From: Mytilus edulis
Lineage: Eukaryota
Assembly: GCF_963676685.1 (NCBI RefSeq)
Contig: NC_092349.1
Coordinates: 49,352,001 to 49,416,000 of the forward strand
Direction of reading: 5' to 3'
Length of the DNA stretch: 64,000 nucleotides
In this document: in pieces, positions 52,738 to 62,547 of the stretch
Layout: each line of letters starts with the position of its first letter
How positions within the stretch are numbered: position 1 is the first letter of the stretch
Position numbers and translations under genes: made by a program
The notes under the pieces: generated by a model
What the model was told of the DNA's origin: nothing
Databases searched by the model: none
What the model saw: only the letters and a program-made list of their open reading frames with translations

Positions 52738-55700
52738 GAGAAATCTACTACTACCAAAGAACCTTCAACAGTCCCCGAGCCGGGACCCTCGGAAGGATTT
52801 AGGTGTCGTCGATGCACGGCTAGATTTTCCAATCGCCGCGAGTTGTACCTACACGGCATGCAACATCACTATCAGACAGGTGCCGGTGGTTTACAATCTC
52901 GACCTTGGACCCACGATGAAGCCCCTTGGGAAGTGGAGGAAGACAAGGCTTTGAGGACCGTTTACGAGGCCAATGCGCCCCTCATTTTAGAGAATCACAG
53001 CGAGAGTTCCGTAACATCAACATATAACGTTCCACTGACCAACGACTTCACCGTTCCCCAATTGATGGAGCAAGCCGAACGTCTCTACGATCGCCAGGGC
53101 CACGCCTTTCGACTGAACTTGGAATTTGGGTTGATTCTACGCCACACGGAAACTGGAGACTACCGTTACTTCCGGCCATTTCAGAACGAATCACTCTTTC
53201 AAAGACCCATCTATATTTCACGCCGTAAAGACCTCAACCGACTGAAATTACGTCTTCAACGCTTTAACGTCACCGACTACATCTTACGTCAGAGACCCGA
53301 CACGAAATGGAAACCGTATTTAGTCACCAACGTCCGATTCGTCTTCTATTACCTAAACTATCCCCTGGGCAACGCCGTGAAGCTACCGGACTACATTCTG
53401 CAATCGAAATCAATCGTGGGATTAGATAAGACCCGAAATGGAAAACACGTATACAAAGACCATCTGTGCGCCTTTCGTTGCCTGGCCGTGCACCACGGAC
53501 ATCGGACAGACCAGTTGGAAACCCACACTAGAGCGTTATTCCAGCGTTGGATTCAATATGCAGAAGACAAGCAACTCGATTCAACAAATTTTCAAGGACT
53601 CCCGCTTCACCAGATGGCGTATTTCGAACATTGTTTTAGCATCAACGTCAATGTGTACCATCTACGTGACGACGACGTGGCACTCACCGTCTACAAATCC
53701 CGTTGTCATTATCCAGACTCTATGCACGTCAACCAATATGATCATCATTTATCGTACATCTCGAACTTGTCGGCGTACACTCAGAAATACCAGTGCGGCA
53801 CGTGCGATCGCCATTTTAAACGGGTAGACAGCATGAAACGACACCAACTGAAATGTACCGGGCAGACCGTCTACCGCTTCAAAGGCGGATTTTATTCCAA
53901 TCCCAAAACCATCTTCGATAAACTGGAAGAACACGGCATCCGCGTCCAAGATCGGTTATATCCGTGGTTCGTCGTCTACGATTTCGAGGCCATGCTGGTG
54001 TCCATACAAGAATCCAATTCCGACAAACTCACCTGGACACAGCGACACGAACCCATCTCCGTCTCCGTCTGCAGCAATGTCGAGGGATTTACAGAGCCAC
54101 ATTGTATCGTTGACCCCACCGCTCAGTCGCTCGTTCAACACATGGTGGACTACATGACAAAAATTGCATTGATCTCATATAAACTAGCCAAAGAGAAATT
54201 TGCCGATGCTTTTGACCAACTGGAGGCTGACATCGAGAACCCGTACCGTGCCCTCCTAGAAGACGACGACGAAGAGGGGTATAAACTGGACGCCTTTTTA
54301 TACGATGAGGAATTACAGGAGGAAAATGAAAAACAGAAAAAGGTGTTCCAAAAATTAAAAGAAGAGCTAGAGGCTTACTGTCAACAGATCATCGTATTAG
54401 GGTTCAATTCGGCAAAATACGACATGAACCTCATCAAGACTTATATTGCCAAATCATTACACATGCACAATCCGGGGGAAAAATTTACAGTGAAACGCAA
54501 TAACAGCTATGCCTGCCTGGCCAACGAGACCTTCAAATTTTTAGACATTACCTCGTATCTGGCACCCGGATTTAGCTATGCCAAATTTCTGAAAGCTTAC
54601 GAAGTAAGTGAAAATAAAGGATGTTTCCCCTACGAATGGTTCGACAGCGCTGACAAATTACATCATCCGACACTACCTGCCCACGAACAGTTTTACAGCT
54701 CATTAAAGGAATGTAACATCTCGCCAGAAGACTATGCTTATTGTCAAAAAGTGTGGACGGAGAAGGGTATGTCGACGTTCCGAGATTTTCTGGTGTGGTA
54801 TAACAATCTCGATGTCGGACCTTTCGTCCAGGCCGTGGCAAATTTACAGAAATTTTATTTCGAGCGGGACATCGACCTCTTCAAGACCAGCATTTCCGTC
54901 CCCGGATTAGCACGCCGGATGCTCTTCGATACCGGTCGACAAGTCGGTGCTTCGTTTGCTTTGTTCGACGACGCCAACAGTGACCTCTACTTCAGCATTA
55001 AACAGAATCTGATCGGTGGACCGTCCATCATCTTCAATCGCCATCACGAAGTCGGGCAAACGTTCATCCGGAACAATTTCAACAAGCCCTGCCAGAAGAT
55101 CCTCGGTTTCGACGCCAATGCCCTCTACCTCTATTGCATCGACCAAGACATGCCGACGGGTCCGTTCGTTCGCCGGCGATTAGAGGACGGCTTCAAACCT
55201 CAAAAGCGGGATAGGTATACCATGATGTATGACTGGATGGACTACCTGAATCACTCCCAGGGTCTCGACATCCGACACAAACTAAACACCGGCAAAGAAA
55301 AGAAGATCGGCTCGTATCCCGTCGACGGCTACGATCCTACTACAAATACAGTCTACCAATTCAACGGATGTTACTGGCACGGACATCAATGCTGGATGAC
55401 GAAAAACGTCAAAGACCAGAAATGGCAGGAGACCCGGCAAGCCAAATTCGACAAGACCGCCAAGACCACAGAGTTCATCCGGGCGCAAGGCTATAAAGTC
55501 GTCGAGAAATGGGAATGTCATTTTCGTCACGAGATCAGAAGAAATGGACAATTGAAATCCTTCTGCCACTCCCGGAAACCGGCGACCCCGCAACGATCCG
55601 TCACAGAAATCGAGATTCTAGAGGGGGTAGCTAGCGGTCGACTCTTTGGTATGGTAGAATGCGACATCCGGGTCCCAGACGAATGGCCCTCACACTTTCA

Positions 55701-57081
55701 ACATCCGACCATGACGCCGTACCAATACTTTGAGGAAATGTCACCTTTGTTCTGTACCACCGACGTCCCTTTCGAAGTCATCGGCGAACACATGCAAGAG
55801 CACGTTCGCCGTTTCGAATTGTCAGAAAAACCTCGTCGACTACTGGTGGGAGGTATGCGAGGACGCCAGATGCTAATCGCCACTCCGCTCCTGAAATGGT
55901 ACCTGGAACACGGTATGCTCGTCACCAAGATATACCAAGTCGTGGAATTTAAACCGCAGCGATGTTTCAGGGATTTCGTTAACGTCGTCAGCGACAACCG
56001 ACGACTGGGAGACGCCGATCCCGACAAGACCATCATCGCCGAAACCTCCAAACTCCACGGCAATAGTGCTTACGGCGGAACCATCATGGACCAGGAAAAA
56101 TTTCAATCGGTGACGTACGTCGAAGGCGAGGGCAGGGTCATGATCGAGGCCAACAAGCCACAATTTAAAAAGATGACCACTCTGTTAGACGAAGACGAAT
56201 ACTTCGAAGTGGAAAAGTCGAAAGAGAAATTGGACATCAACCTTCCCATACAGATCGGCTATTTCATCCTACAGTACGGTAAACTAAGAATGTTACAATT
56301 TTATTTCGATTTTCTGGACCGGTTTGTAGACCGCTCCGATTTCCAGTATTGCGAAATGGACACCGATTCCGCATACATGGCCCTCTCCGGACCCGATTTG
56401 GTTAGCGTCATCAAACCACACCTGCTAGATACTTATCAACGAGCTCTCATCGGCTGTTGTCGGGACGATTTTGAACCCGATTGGCTCCCGCGCACGTGTT
56501 GCACCAAACATGCCAAGTACGATAAGAGGACGCCCGGACTATTTAAAGTCGAATACGAGGGTGACGTCATGATCGGACTATGTTCCAAGACCTATATCGT
56601 ACAAAAGTCCAAACTCGTCTACACTTCGAACACAAAGATGGCAGCCTTCCGACTTCTCAGACGTGCCAAGAAACTTGCACCGAAGCGCCTCGTCCATCGT
56701 CCGCGTCTCGTCCGGGATGTCAAATTCAGTTCCAAAGGCGTCACCAAGAGACGGGTCAAGGCACCCATGACCACCTTTCGCCACGTCCTCAATACACAAC
56801 GCGTGGGGAACGGATCGCTTAAAGGATTCCGAGCCAGAAACAACGGCATAGCCACCTATGAACAGACGAGAAATGGCTTCTCATATTTTTACTGTAAGAG
56901 GAAACTTTTAAGCGACGGCGTGAGTAGTGTTCCTCTCGATCTAGAACTGTGCCCCGTGCCTATGGAAATCGACGAAAGCGAAACCCCCATGGAAATAGAC
57001 GAACCCGAGACGGTTCTGGACGACGACGATCGATATTTAATACAACTACTGGAAACTAACTTTGATAGTGATGGTGAATGA
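52738..57081 (+). CDS. polB: Protein-primed family B DNA polymerase (ZnF, terminal-protein region, OTU-like domain, exonuclease, polymerase with Vsr-like insertion)
   Basis: ExoI VVYDFEA, ExoII GFNSAKYD, ExoIII YNNLDV, motif A DANALY, motif B KLHGNSAYG, motif C MDTDS, KTY. The frame is open from the acceptor TTTTTTTCAG|GAG at 52738. Confidence 0.95.
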   Translation, partial: EKSTTTKEPSTVPEPGPSEGFRCRRCTARFSNRRELYLHGMQHHYQTGAGGLQSRPWTHDEAPWEVEEDKALRTVYEANAPLILENHSESSVTSTYNVPLTNDFTVPQLMEQAERLYDRQGHAFRLNLEFGLILRHTETGDYRYFRPFQNESLFQRPIYISRRKDLNRLKLRLQRFNVTDYILRQRPDTKWKPYLVTNVRFVFYYLNYPLGNAVKLPDYILQSKSIVGLDKTRNGKHVYKDHLCAFRCLAVHHGHRTDQLETHTRALFQRWIQYAEDKQLDSTNFQGLPLHQMAYFEHCFSINVNVYHLRDDDVALTVYKSRCHYPDSMHVNQYDHHLSYISNLSAYTQKYQCGTCDRHFKRVDSMKRHQLKCTGQTVYRFKGGFYSNPKTIFDKLEEHGIRVQDRLYPWFVVYDFEAMLVSIQESNSDKLTWTQRHEPISVSVCSNVEGFTEPHCIVDPTAQSLVQHMVDYMTKIALISYKLAKEKFADAFDQLEADIENPYRALLEDDDEEGYKLDAFLYDEELQEENEKQKKVFQKLKEELEAYCQQIIVLGFNSAKYDMNLIKTYIAKSLHMHNPGEKFTVKRNNSYACLANETFKFLDITSYLAPGFSYAKFLKAYEVSENKGCFPYEWFDSADKLHHPTLPAHEQFYSSLKECNISPEDYAYCQKVWTEKGMSTFRDFLVWYNNLDVGPFVQAVANLQKFYFERDIDLFKTSISVPGLARRMLFDTGRQVGASFALFDDANSDLYFSIKQNLIGGPSIIFNRHHEVGQTFIRNNFNKPCQKILGFDANALYLYCIDQDMPTGPFVRRRLEDGFKPQKRDRYTMMYDWMDYLNHSQGLDIRHKLNTGKEKKIGSYPVDGYDPTTNTVYQFNGCYWHGHQCWMTKNVKDQKWQETRQAKFDKTAKTTEFIRAQGYKVVEKWECHFRHEIRRNGQLKSFCHSRKPATPQRSVTEIEILEGVASGRLFGMVECDIRVPDEWPSHFQHPTMTPYQYFEEMSPLFCTTDVPFEVIGEHMQEHVRRFELSEKPRRLLVGGMRGRQMLIATPLLKWYLEHGMLVTKIYQVVEFKPQRCFRDFVNVVSDNRRLGDADPDKTIIAETSKLHGNSAYGGTIMDQEKFQSVTYVEGEGRVMIEANKPQFKKMTTLLDEDEYFEVEKSKEKLDINLPIQIGYFILQYGKLRMLQFYFDFLDRFVDRSDFQYCEMDTDSAYMALSGPDLVSVIKPHLLDTYQRALIGCCRDDFEPDWLPRTCCTKHAKYDKRTPGLFKVEYEGDVMIGLCSKTYIVQKSKLVYTSNTKMAAFRLLRRAKKLAPKRLVHRPRLVRDVKFSSKGVTKRRVKAPMTTFRHVLNTQRVGNGSLKGFRARNNGIATYEQTRNGFSYFYCKRKLLSDGVSSVPLDLELCPVPMEIDESETPMEIDEPETVLDDDDRYLIQLLETNFDSDGE

Positions 57082-57611
57082 CATGTATACACATTCTGTG
57101 AACTTTAAAATTTGATACATTCAATTTTCCAATTGTATTCATTTTATCGTGTGATAATCGAAGACGTATGACATTGGGTAGCCATGTTTTTTTGTTGTTT
57201 TTTTTTTGTTGTTTTTTTTTTTTATACAAGTAACTATACATTTCCACTATGACGAGAATGGGTACTGAAGTTCGATTAAAACCACATAACTCGTAAACGA
57301 TCAGAATTGAAAAACACCATGTAAATATTTTTGTCAACAATAAATGTATATTGTGTATAATAAAATGTATATTGTGTATGTTTCATATTGTCGTTCATCT
57401 GGCCTGATGGAATGTCGAAAACTATTTTTCGTCCTTATCCCCCCCTCCTTGTCATAACGAAAAATAGTTCTTGACTTTCTAGTCTACAATAAATAATAGG
57501 AAATGAATGAAAACAAATTAGACACTAAATATTTATTTACATCAGTTACAAATTGAACAAAATACCCAGAAACAACATCTATATATATTAATCCATAAAT
57601 AATTAGCAATG

Positions 57612-58025
57612 TTAATTTGTAAAGCGGTCATCAAGTTGGATTATTTTCTTTGTCATTTCATAGAATCCATCTTTGTCTGGTAAATTATTTTCTCGCCATT
57701 CACAGTTTTGTAAAAGTTTTATAAATGTATTTTTCAATTCCAATGATATGTCTGTAAGTTTAGTGTCCTTTTTCCACAATTCTAAGATTTCTTCGCAATC
57801 AACATTTTCCAAAGCATCGTCGAAGTAGATATTCAGTTGTTCTAACTCGGACATCATGAGACAGGAATGATTTCTCTGACTGGGATGATTGTTTCTACAT
57901 CCAAAACAATGTTTTCTGGTTAAAAGTCTGACTTCTTCTACCACTTTTCTAGCATATAGGAACAAGTATATATCAATCGTCATTCGAATCTCTTTACCCT
58001 CAGTAATGGTTTGTGTTGATTCCAT
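57612..58025 (-). CDS. Polinton accessory protein with CxGC..HPSQ..HxC motif, 137 aa
   Basis: CFGCRNNHPSQRNHSCL, with TATAAA ~45 nt upstream and AATAAA downstream (~57531). Confidence 0.7.
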   Translation of the reverse strand: MESTQTITEGKEIRMTIDIYLFLYARKVVEEVRLLTRKHCFGCRNNHPSQRNHSCLMMSELEQLNIYFDDALENVDCEEILELWKKDTKLTDISLELKNTFIKLLQNCEWRENNLPDKDGFYEMTKKIIQLDDRFTN

Positions 58026-59135
58026 CTCGATGGTTTAGAAAGACTCTGTGAACGTTGGATGCCAACGCTGTTTATAAAGGATATTTGATCACGTGATGGC
58101 GTGTCGTTTGATAAGCTTAACAACACTGACAGATGTCGAAATCTGGAATTTGATGTGATAGCGAATAGACAATTGGGTTCCCATTTTAAATGTTCCGTTT
58201 GTATATAGTCGTCTTTTTTCCCATTGTAAGGTTACAGTAAAAACATGTTACACGATCCGGTGTAAAATAATCCATTAATAATTAAATCTTTGCACAATCT
58301 GTCTAGGCCAATGTTCGAATCATATAATACAATTTTAACGGATGTTTTGGTTGATGGAAATAAACGAGTAGGAGACGGTCATGGACGACGAGGATCGATA
58401 TCTGATTTATCTATTGGAAACTAACTTTGACAGCGAATGAGATCGTATATTGTGTGTGTGTGACACACATTCTGGGACCTTTTAAATTTGATAGATCCAA
58501 TTGAACTCATTTTGTCCTGTGAAAATCGAAGAGGCATGACATTGGGTAGTCATGTTTTGTGTTTTTTTTTAATTTTTCATGCAAGTTCCCATACATTTTC
58601 TATAGTAAAAAAGAAGACTCGAAAGAACAGTTCAGTTCATTTTTTGAGCGAGTAAAAACACATTCTTGTTAAATGTAAACAATCGGAAATGACCAGTGGG
58701 GTAAAATGAAAACGTTCTAAAACTTAATGGAAATTACACTAGACTGGGACTATTTTTCTGTGAACTTTTAAATTTGATAGACAATTTTTCCAACTGTACT
58801 CATTTTGTCGTGTGTAAAAAGAATGTGTGACCATGTTTGTTTTTTTTTTAAATACGAGTAACCATACATTTCCTATCACTCGAAATTTGTGAATAAAAAC
58901 ACATAATTGACTTGTAAATAATAATTTGTGTATAATAAAATGTATATTGTGTATGTTTCATATTGTCGTTCATCTGGCCTGATGGAATGTCGAAAACTAC
59001 TTTTCGTCGTTATCAACCCCCACCCCCCCTCCTTGTCATAACGAAAAATAGTTTTTGACTTTCCAGTCTACAATAAATAATAAACTCGATAGTCTAATCT
59101 ACATTTTTATTCATCCACATTTTACAAAGACATAT

Positions 59136-59303
59136 TTAAAGCGAAATCCATTGTTTATTGTCTTTAGTCACTTGGTCTTTGACCGGAATTCCGGGAGGTC
59201 CTAGTTTAGGCGTCTTCTTCTTTTTCTTGAATCCTTGACCCGTCTGCGATTTTTCACGATCGGCTAAGAGTGTGTGGTAGCGGTCGTAAGGTACCAGTAT
59301 CAT
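59136..59303 (-). CDS. Small basic 55-aa protein (candidate virion core protein) not in ORF track
   Basis: MILVPYDRYHTLLADREKSQTGQGFKKKKKTPKLGPPGIPVKDQVTKDNKQWISL; ATGA overlap with the upstream stop; AATAAA follows. Confidence 0.7.
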   Translation of the reverse strand: MILVPYDRYHTLLADREKSQTGQGFKKKKKTPKLGPPGIPVKDQVTKDNKQWISL

Positions 59304-59611
59304 TTTCTCCATGACTCTATGATATCCAGAAGATGAACGATGGCCGCTGTTCCCTTTTGCAGAACACGAAGTCTGTCTTTTCTCGACGACGTTTTTCTAC
59401 CCAAGATGCTGATGATCTTTTTGAATCTCTTTAATTTGACTTTCTCCGAGGGTGTCAGGACGATCGTTCCTTTGATGACGTTGTGAGCAATCTCGCTCAA
59501 GACTTTTAGTTGAGATTTGTCGATGGTCTTTAACAACGCCTTTCGTTGATCTTTCTTGGCGGTCCGCAACAGGTGTAGAAAATGGTGATGGGTGTCCAGC
59601 AGTCGACTCAT
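59300..59611 (-). CDS. Conserved small basic Polinton protein (103 aa), paralog of 63001-63345
   Basis: Likely start is MSRLLDTHHHFLHLL, with TATAAGAG 27 nt upstream. The pattern FL.LL..A....RK.LL......Q...LSE...N...G.I is shared with the paralog. Confidence 0.75.
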   Translation of the reverse strand: MSRLLDTHHHFLHLLRTAKKDQRKALLKTIDKSQLKVLSEIAHNVIKGTIVLTPSEKVKLKRFKKIISILGRKTSSRKDRLRVLQKGTAAIVHLLDIIESWRK

Positions 59612-59640
59612 GCCTGATGAGTGTGGTGTGGTCGTTCCTC

Positions 59641-60294
59641 TTATAATTTCTGTGGAATGTAGATCACCGTATCTTCTCCCGGGAACACGTGGGTCCTCAA
59701 TCGATAGGTATCGTCGGAATTTGGTGCCAAATCGACGATTAAGTAGCCGTAGTCTCGCGAAGTGGCGTCGGAAAAGCTTTTCATCAGTATCTTCCAACGT
59801 CCTGGATAGAGTTGTCGCCCCAAGGTCACGATCTGGGAGACGTCTCTGACGTTTTTCATCAGAACCAAGTACGTGGTGTTGAGGGCGATGGTTCGCGACC
59901 TGGATCCTTGTACATATAGGTTTTGGGTCAGAAACAAGACGCTCAATCGTCGGTGGTGGCATCCCTGTGTGAATAGCAGTTCCATGTCGACGTTGCGCAC
60001 TACTTGATGCATCAGATCGTCCAACACGATCAGGCGGTGACGTCTATCGCCGGTGAATTCCCGGACCGTGTCCATCGTAGGTAAGCCCTCGTGAAAAACG
60101 ATGTTGGGAATCGTCTTTTCCATCTCTTCGAATAGCGGCTGGTGGATGCCGAAACAATACAAGATGGCTTCCGGTGGCTCTTCGGCGTACATCTCTTTTA
60201 AATGTGTCAATAGTCTGTACACGAATCGCGTCTTCCCGCTGTTGGTCATCCCCGTGATGCACATGCTCGTGCAAGGTAAAAACGGAAACGACAT
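59641..60294 (-). CDS. A32/FtsK-like genome packaging ATPase
   Basis: Walker A GMTNSGKT, Walker B LIVLDD, HHRRLSVLFLTQN. Confidence 0.92.
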   Translation of the reverse strand: MSFPFLPCTSMCITGMTNSGKTRFVYRLLTHLKEMYAEEPPEAILYCFGIHQPLFEEMEKTIPNIVFHEGLPTMDTVREFTGDRRHRLIVLDDLMHQVVRNVDMELLFTQGCHHRRLSVLFLTQNLYVQGSRSRTIALNTTYLVLMKNVRDVSQIVTLGRQLYPGRWKILMKSFSDATSRDYGYLIVDLAPNSDDTYRLRTHVFPGEDTVIYIPQKL

Positions 60295-60324
60295 GGTTAA
60301 TCGTCTTTCTGCATCCGTCCTCTC

Positions 60325-60555
60325 TTATGACTTTGACGATTTGAGCGTGGGACTGGGTAGAGCGTATCCGATGGCGCTACTTAGCAGCGTGATCCACAAT
60401 TCGCTTTTACCGTTTTGCATCGACAGGTTGGCGATCGAGGTGATGATGATGACGTAGACGACTATCATCTGACAAAAGTAGACGATTTCCGATTTGGGTA
60501 GTTGGCTGCCCATCACTTGCCATCGTTCACTATGCGTGCTGCTCTCGCGCTCCAT
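60325..60555 (-). CDS. Small two-helix membrane protein
   Basis: Hydrophobic IVYFCQMIVVYVIIITSIANL and LWITLLSSAIGYALP; TATAAGAG 26 nt upstream. Confidence 0.7.
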   Translation of the reverse strand: MERESSTHSERWQVMGSQLPKSEIVYFCQMIVVYVIIITSIANLSMQNGKSELWITLLSSAIGYALPSPTLKSSKS

Positions 60556-60995
60556 CCTCGACGGGTTGTACCAATTCTTCCTCTTATAAACTTCTTCACT
60601 TTGCGATCGTTGTCTCGCAGATCTACGGTGCTAAAGTCGTTGAGGATCTCTTGAAAAGATCGCGAGCCGTGTCTCTCCCGGACGAAATGAATGCAGTAGG
60701 CTCCACAGGTATTGCTGTCTTCCGGTTGGACGGCATCCGGCGTATACAGATAGGTCGGTCCCAGGACTTCTTCGAATCGACGATGGTAGTCACCCGGACG
60801 GTTTCCCAGCGAGTCGAAAAATTCGGGAGGTCCTTGAAGAGGAAAACGAAACACGGTCCAGTGAGTCCCAGGTCTGGAACACGGATCGGTGTTGACGACG
60901 TACGTCTGTGGTCTCTGTGGTCGCACTAATTCGTCGGCACAGATGGCTCGGACGTGTTGGTCTCTCAGCGCTCTTTCCACCTCTCGGTTGTTCAT
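60513..60995 (-). CDS. Adenain-like cysteine protease (virion maturation protease)
   Basis: NTD..PGTHW (His), FFDSLG (Asp), Q..DSNTCGAYC (Gln/Cys). Confidence 0.92.
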   Translation of the reverse strand: MNNREVERALRDQHVRAICADELVRPQRPQTYVVNTDPCSRPGTHWTVFRFPLQGPPEFFDSLGNRPGDYHRRFEEVLGPTYLYTPDAVQPEDSNTCGAYCIHFVRERHGSRSFQEILNDFSTVDLRDNDRKVKKFIRGRIGTTRRGWSARAARIVNDGK

Positions 60996-62254
60996 TGTAG
61001 CAAGACGCGTCGAGATTGATCCACGTGCATCACTTTGGGAAACTTGCCGTACATCAGGACGGTCACGCTCTCCGGCAGGGGCGTCCCGAATTTGATTACC
61101 AGTCGACAGTCTCCTCTCCGCTTGGCGTTGAAATCGACTCGATCGTCGACGTTGAGGACGAAGAGGGCAAACCCACCGGCGTAATCCAAGAGGGAGACGT
61201 CTACGTCGTCCCTGAAGGTAGCGAGTGTCCTGTAGGCGTCCACGTAGTTTCTACCGGCGAAATTGGGTTGTAGCGGTTGACTGGGGTACGATTGTCCGTC
61301 GACGTACAATCCCAAAAAGTTGCAGTCGAACCCCTGGAAATTGAACGGCGATCTCTTATAACTTCCACTGAAGGCTTCGCTGCTGACGAGGGCCACGATT
61401 AATTGGCTGGGAACGTCTCCCTGGAACAAATTGTTCTCGATGAATCCGTACTCTCCCTTGGATACGGAAGCCGTCTTGAAGTGACTGGTTACGAACGGAT
61501 ACATGGCCGTGGCGTCTCCCAACAATTTGCTGTGGGCCATCAACACTCCGGCGTTTGGTGTCTGTAGACACACTTTGAAGGCGGCATCCAGGATCTGCAC
61601 TCGGTAAGCCGCGTCGTCGTCGCTGGACATCAGGCGAAAGGCGTTCTTACTGGGCCACAGCTTCAGGGTCAACGGGATGCCGTTCAACAACAGGCGATGT
61701 TGACGAAACACGTCCAAATGTAAAGGTCCTTCCATCTCCAGGATCCTGCCTTCTCGGGTGTATAAAGAGCGACGGTACAATCCCTGGTTCGCTCCTCCTT
61801 GGACGTTGGCGTCGTCGAGATGTCCGGCCGTGTCTCTCATAAAGAGCTGCGAATCTAATAGTACTTTATCGCTGGCTCCGGTCTCCAGTAAGGTGTCGAT
61901 GTAGGCCTTGAACGGATAATTGGATCCCATTTGCGCGACGGGCGTCTGTTGAAGACTGCATTCCACCTCAGAAAAGAGGGCTTGAAGCGACAGGTTGACT
62001 AATGCCACGTTGGTGTCTTTGGCGACCGAGGTACCGTCGGCCTTCAGGAGACGCAGTTTGACTTTCAGTGAACTTCGCTTCAGATCCATGTAGGCGGCCG
62101 ATTGCGCCGGAATCGAGAAGTCCAAGGGAGCGTCCGCACTGATTTGATTCGTCGGTCTAAATTCTATCCATTCTCTTCTCTGTATCCCCGTGTTGGCCGG
62201 TGGAGGGGAAAACAAGGACAGCTCGTCTTCGTGATTTTCTTCCAAGTGGTTCAT
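60992..62254 (-). CDS. Major capsid protein (double jelly-roll)
   Basis: 420 aa with Polinton MCP-type motifs (ELSLFSPP..T.I...EWIEFRP, NYPFKAYIDTLL, GSYKRSPFNF); lies between protease and penton. Confidence 0.88.
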   Translation of the reverse strand: MNHLEENHEDELSLFSPPPANTGIQRREWIEFRPTNQISADAPLDFSIPAQSAAYMDLKRSSLKVKLRLLKADGTSVAKDTNVALVNLSLQALFSEVECSLQQTPVAQMGSNYPFKAYIDTLLETGASDKVLLDSQLFMRDTAGHLDDANVQGGANQGLYRRSLYTREGRILEMEGPLHLDVFRQHRLLLNGIPLTLKLWPSKNAFRLMSSDDDAAYRVQILDAAFKVCLQTPNAGVLMAHSKLLGDATAMYPFVTSHFKTASVSKGEYGFIENNLFQGDVPSQLIVALVSSEAFSGSYKRSPFNFQGFDCNFLGLYVDGQSYPSQPLQPNFAGRNYVDAYRTLATFRDDVDVSLLDYAGGFALFVLNVDDRVDFNAKRRGDCRLVIKFGTPLPESVTVLMYGKFPKVMHVDQSRRVLLQ

Positions 62255-62547
62255 GATTCATCCAGTTGGTTGAACGTTCGCCTGCGCTTTCGCCCTCTTA
62301 TAACTTTCGGAGAGGCCAGTTCCGATTTGACCATCTCGAGGGTTTGCGCAAGCGGCGTCACCAGTTGAACCTTGGGCGTCGTCTCTGGGCGCCAACGAGC
62401 GCCGCTGCCCACGATGTATCGTCCCTTGTGGTCGGGTCGGACCCTTCCTGCCGATAGGTCCGAGAAATGTTGCTCCCACTTTTTGTGATCGGGAACGTAC
62501 GGTATCCAGCGTTGTGACTTGTGGTCGTACACTTCTATCGAACCCAT
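62251..62547 (-). CDS. Small Polinton protein (98 aa), basic C-terminus
   Basis: YVPDHKKWEQHF..LVTP..Q.LE..KSEL..RGRKRRR; overlaps both neighbouring genes in a compact cluster. Confidence 0.7.
   Translation of the reverse strand: MGSIEVYDHKSQRWIPYVPDHKKWEQHFSDLSAGRVRPDHKGRYIVGSGARWRPETTPKVQLVTPLAQTLEMVKSELASPKVIRGRKRRRTFNQLDES

Noticed and set aside
53438-57092. Many short alternative-frame and antisense ORFs inside PolB (likewise within the capsid and integrase genes)
   Set aside because: These are expected shadows of GC-richer coding sequence, with no motifs or own promoter signals.
59612-59962. N-terminal extension of the 220-aa ORF 59300..59962
   Set aside because: It overlaps the ATPase in another frame. 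Paralog alignment and the YATAAGAG position put the start at 59611.
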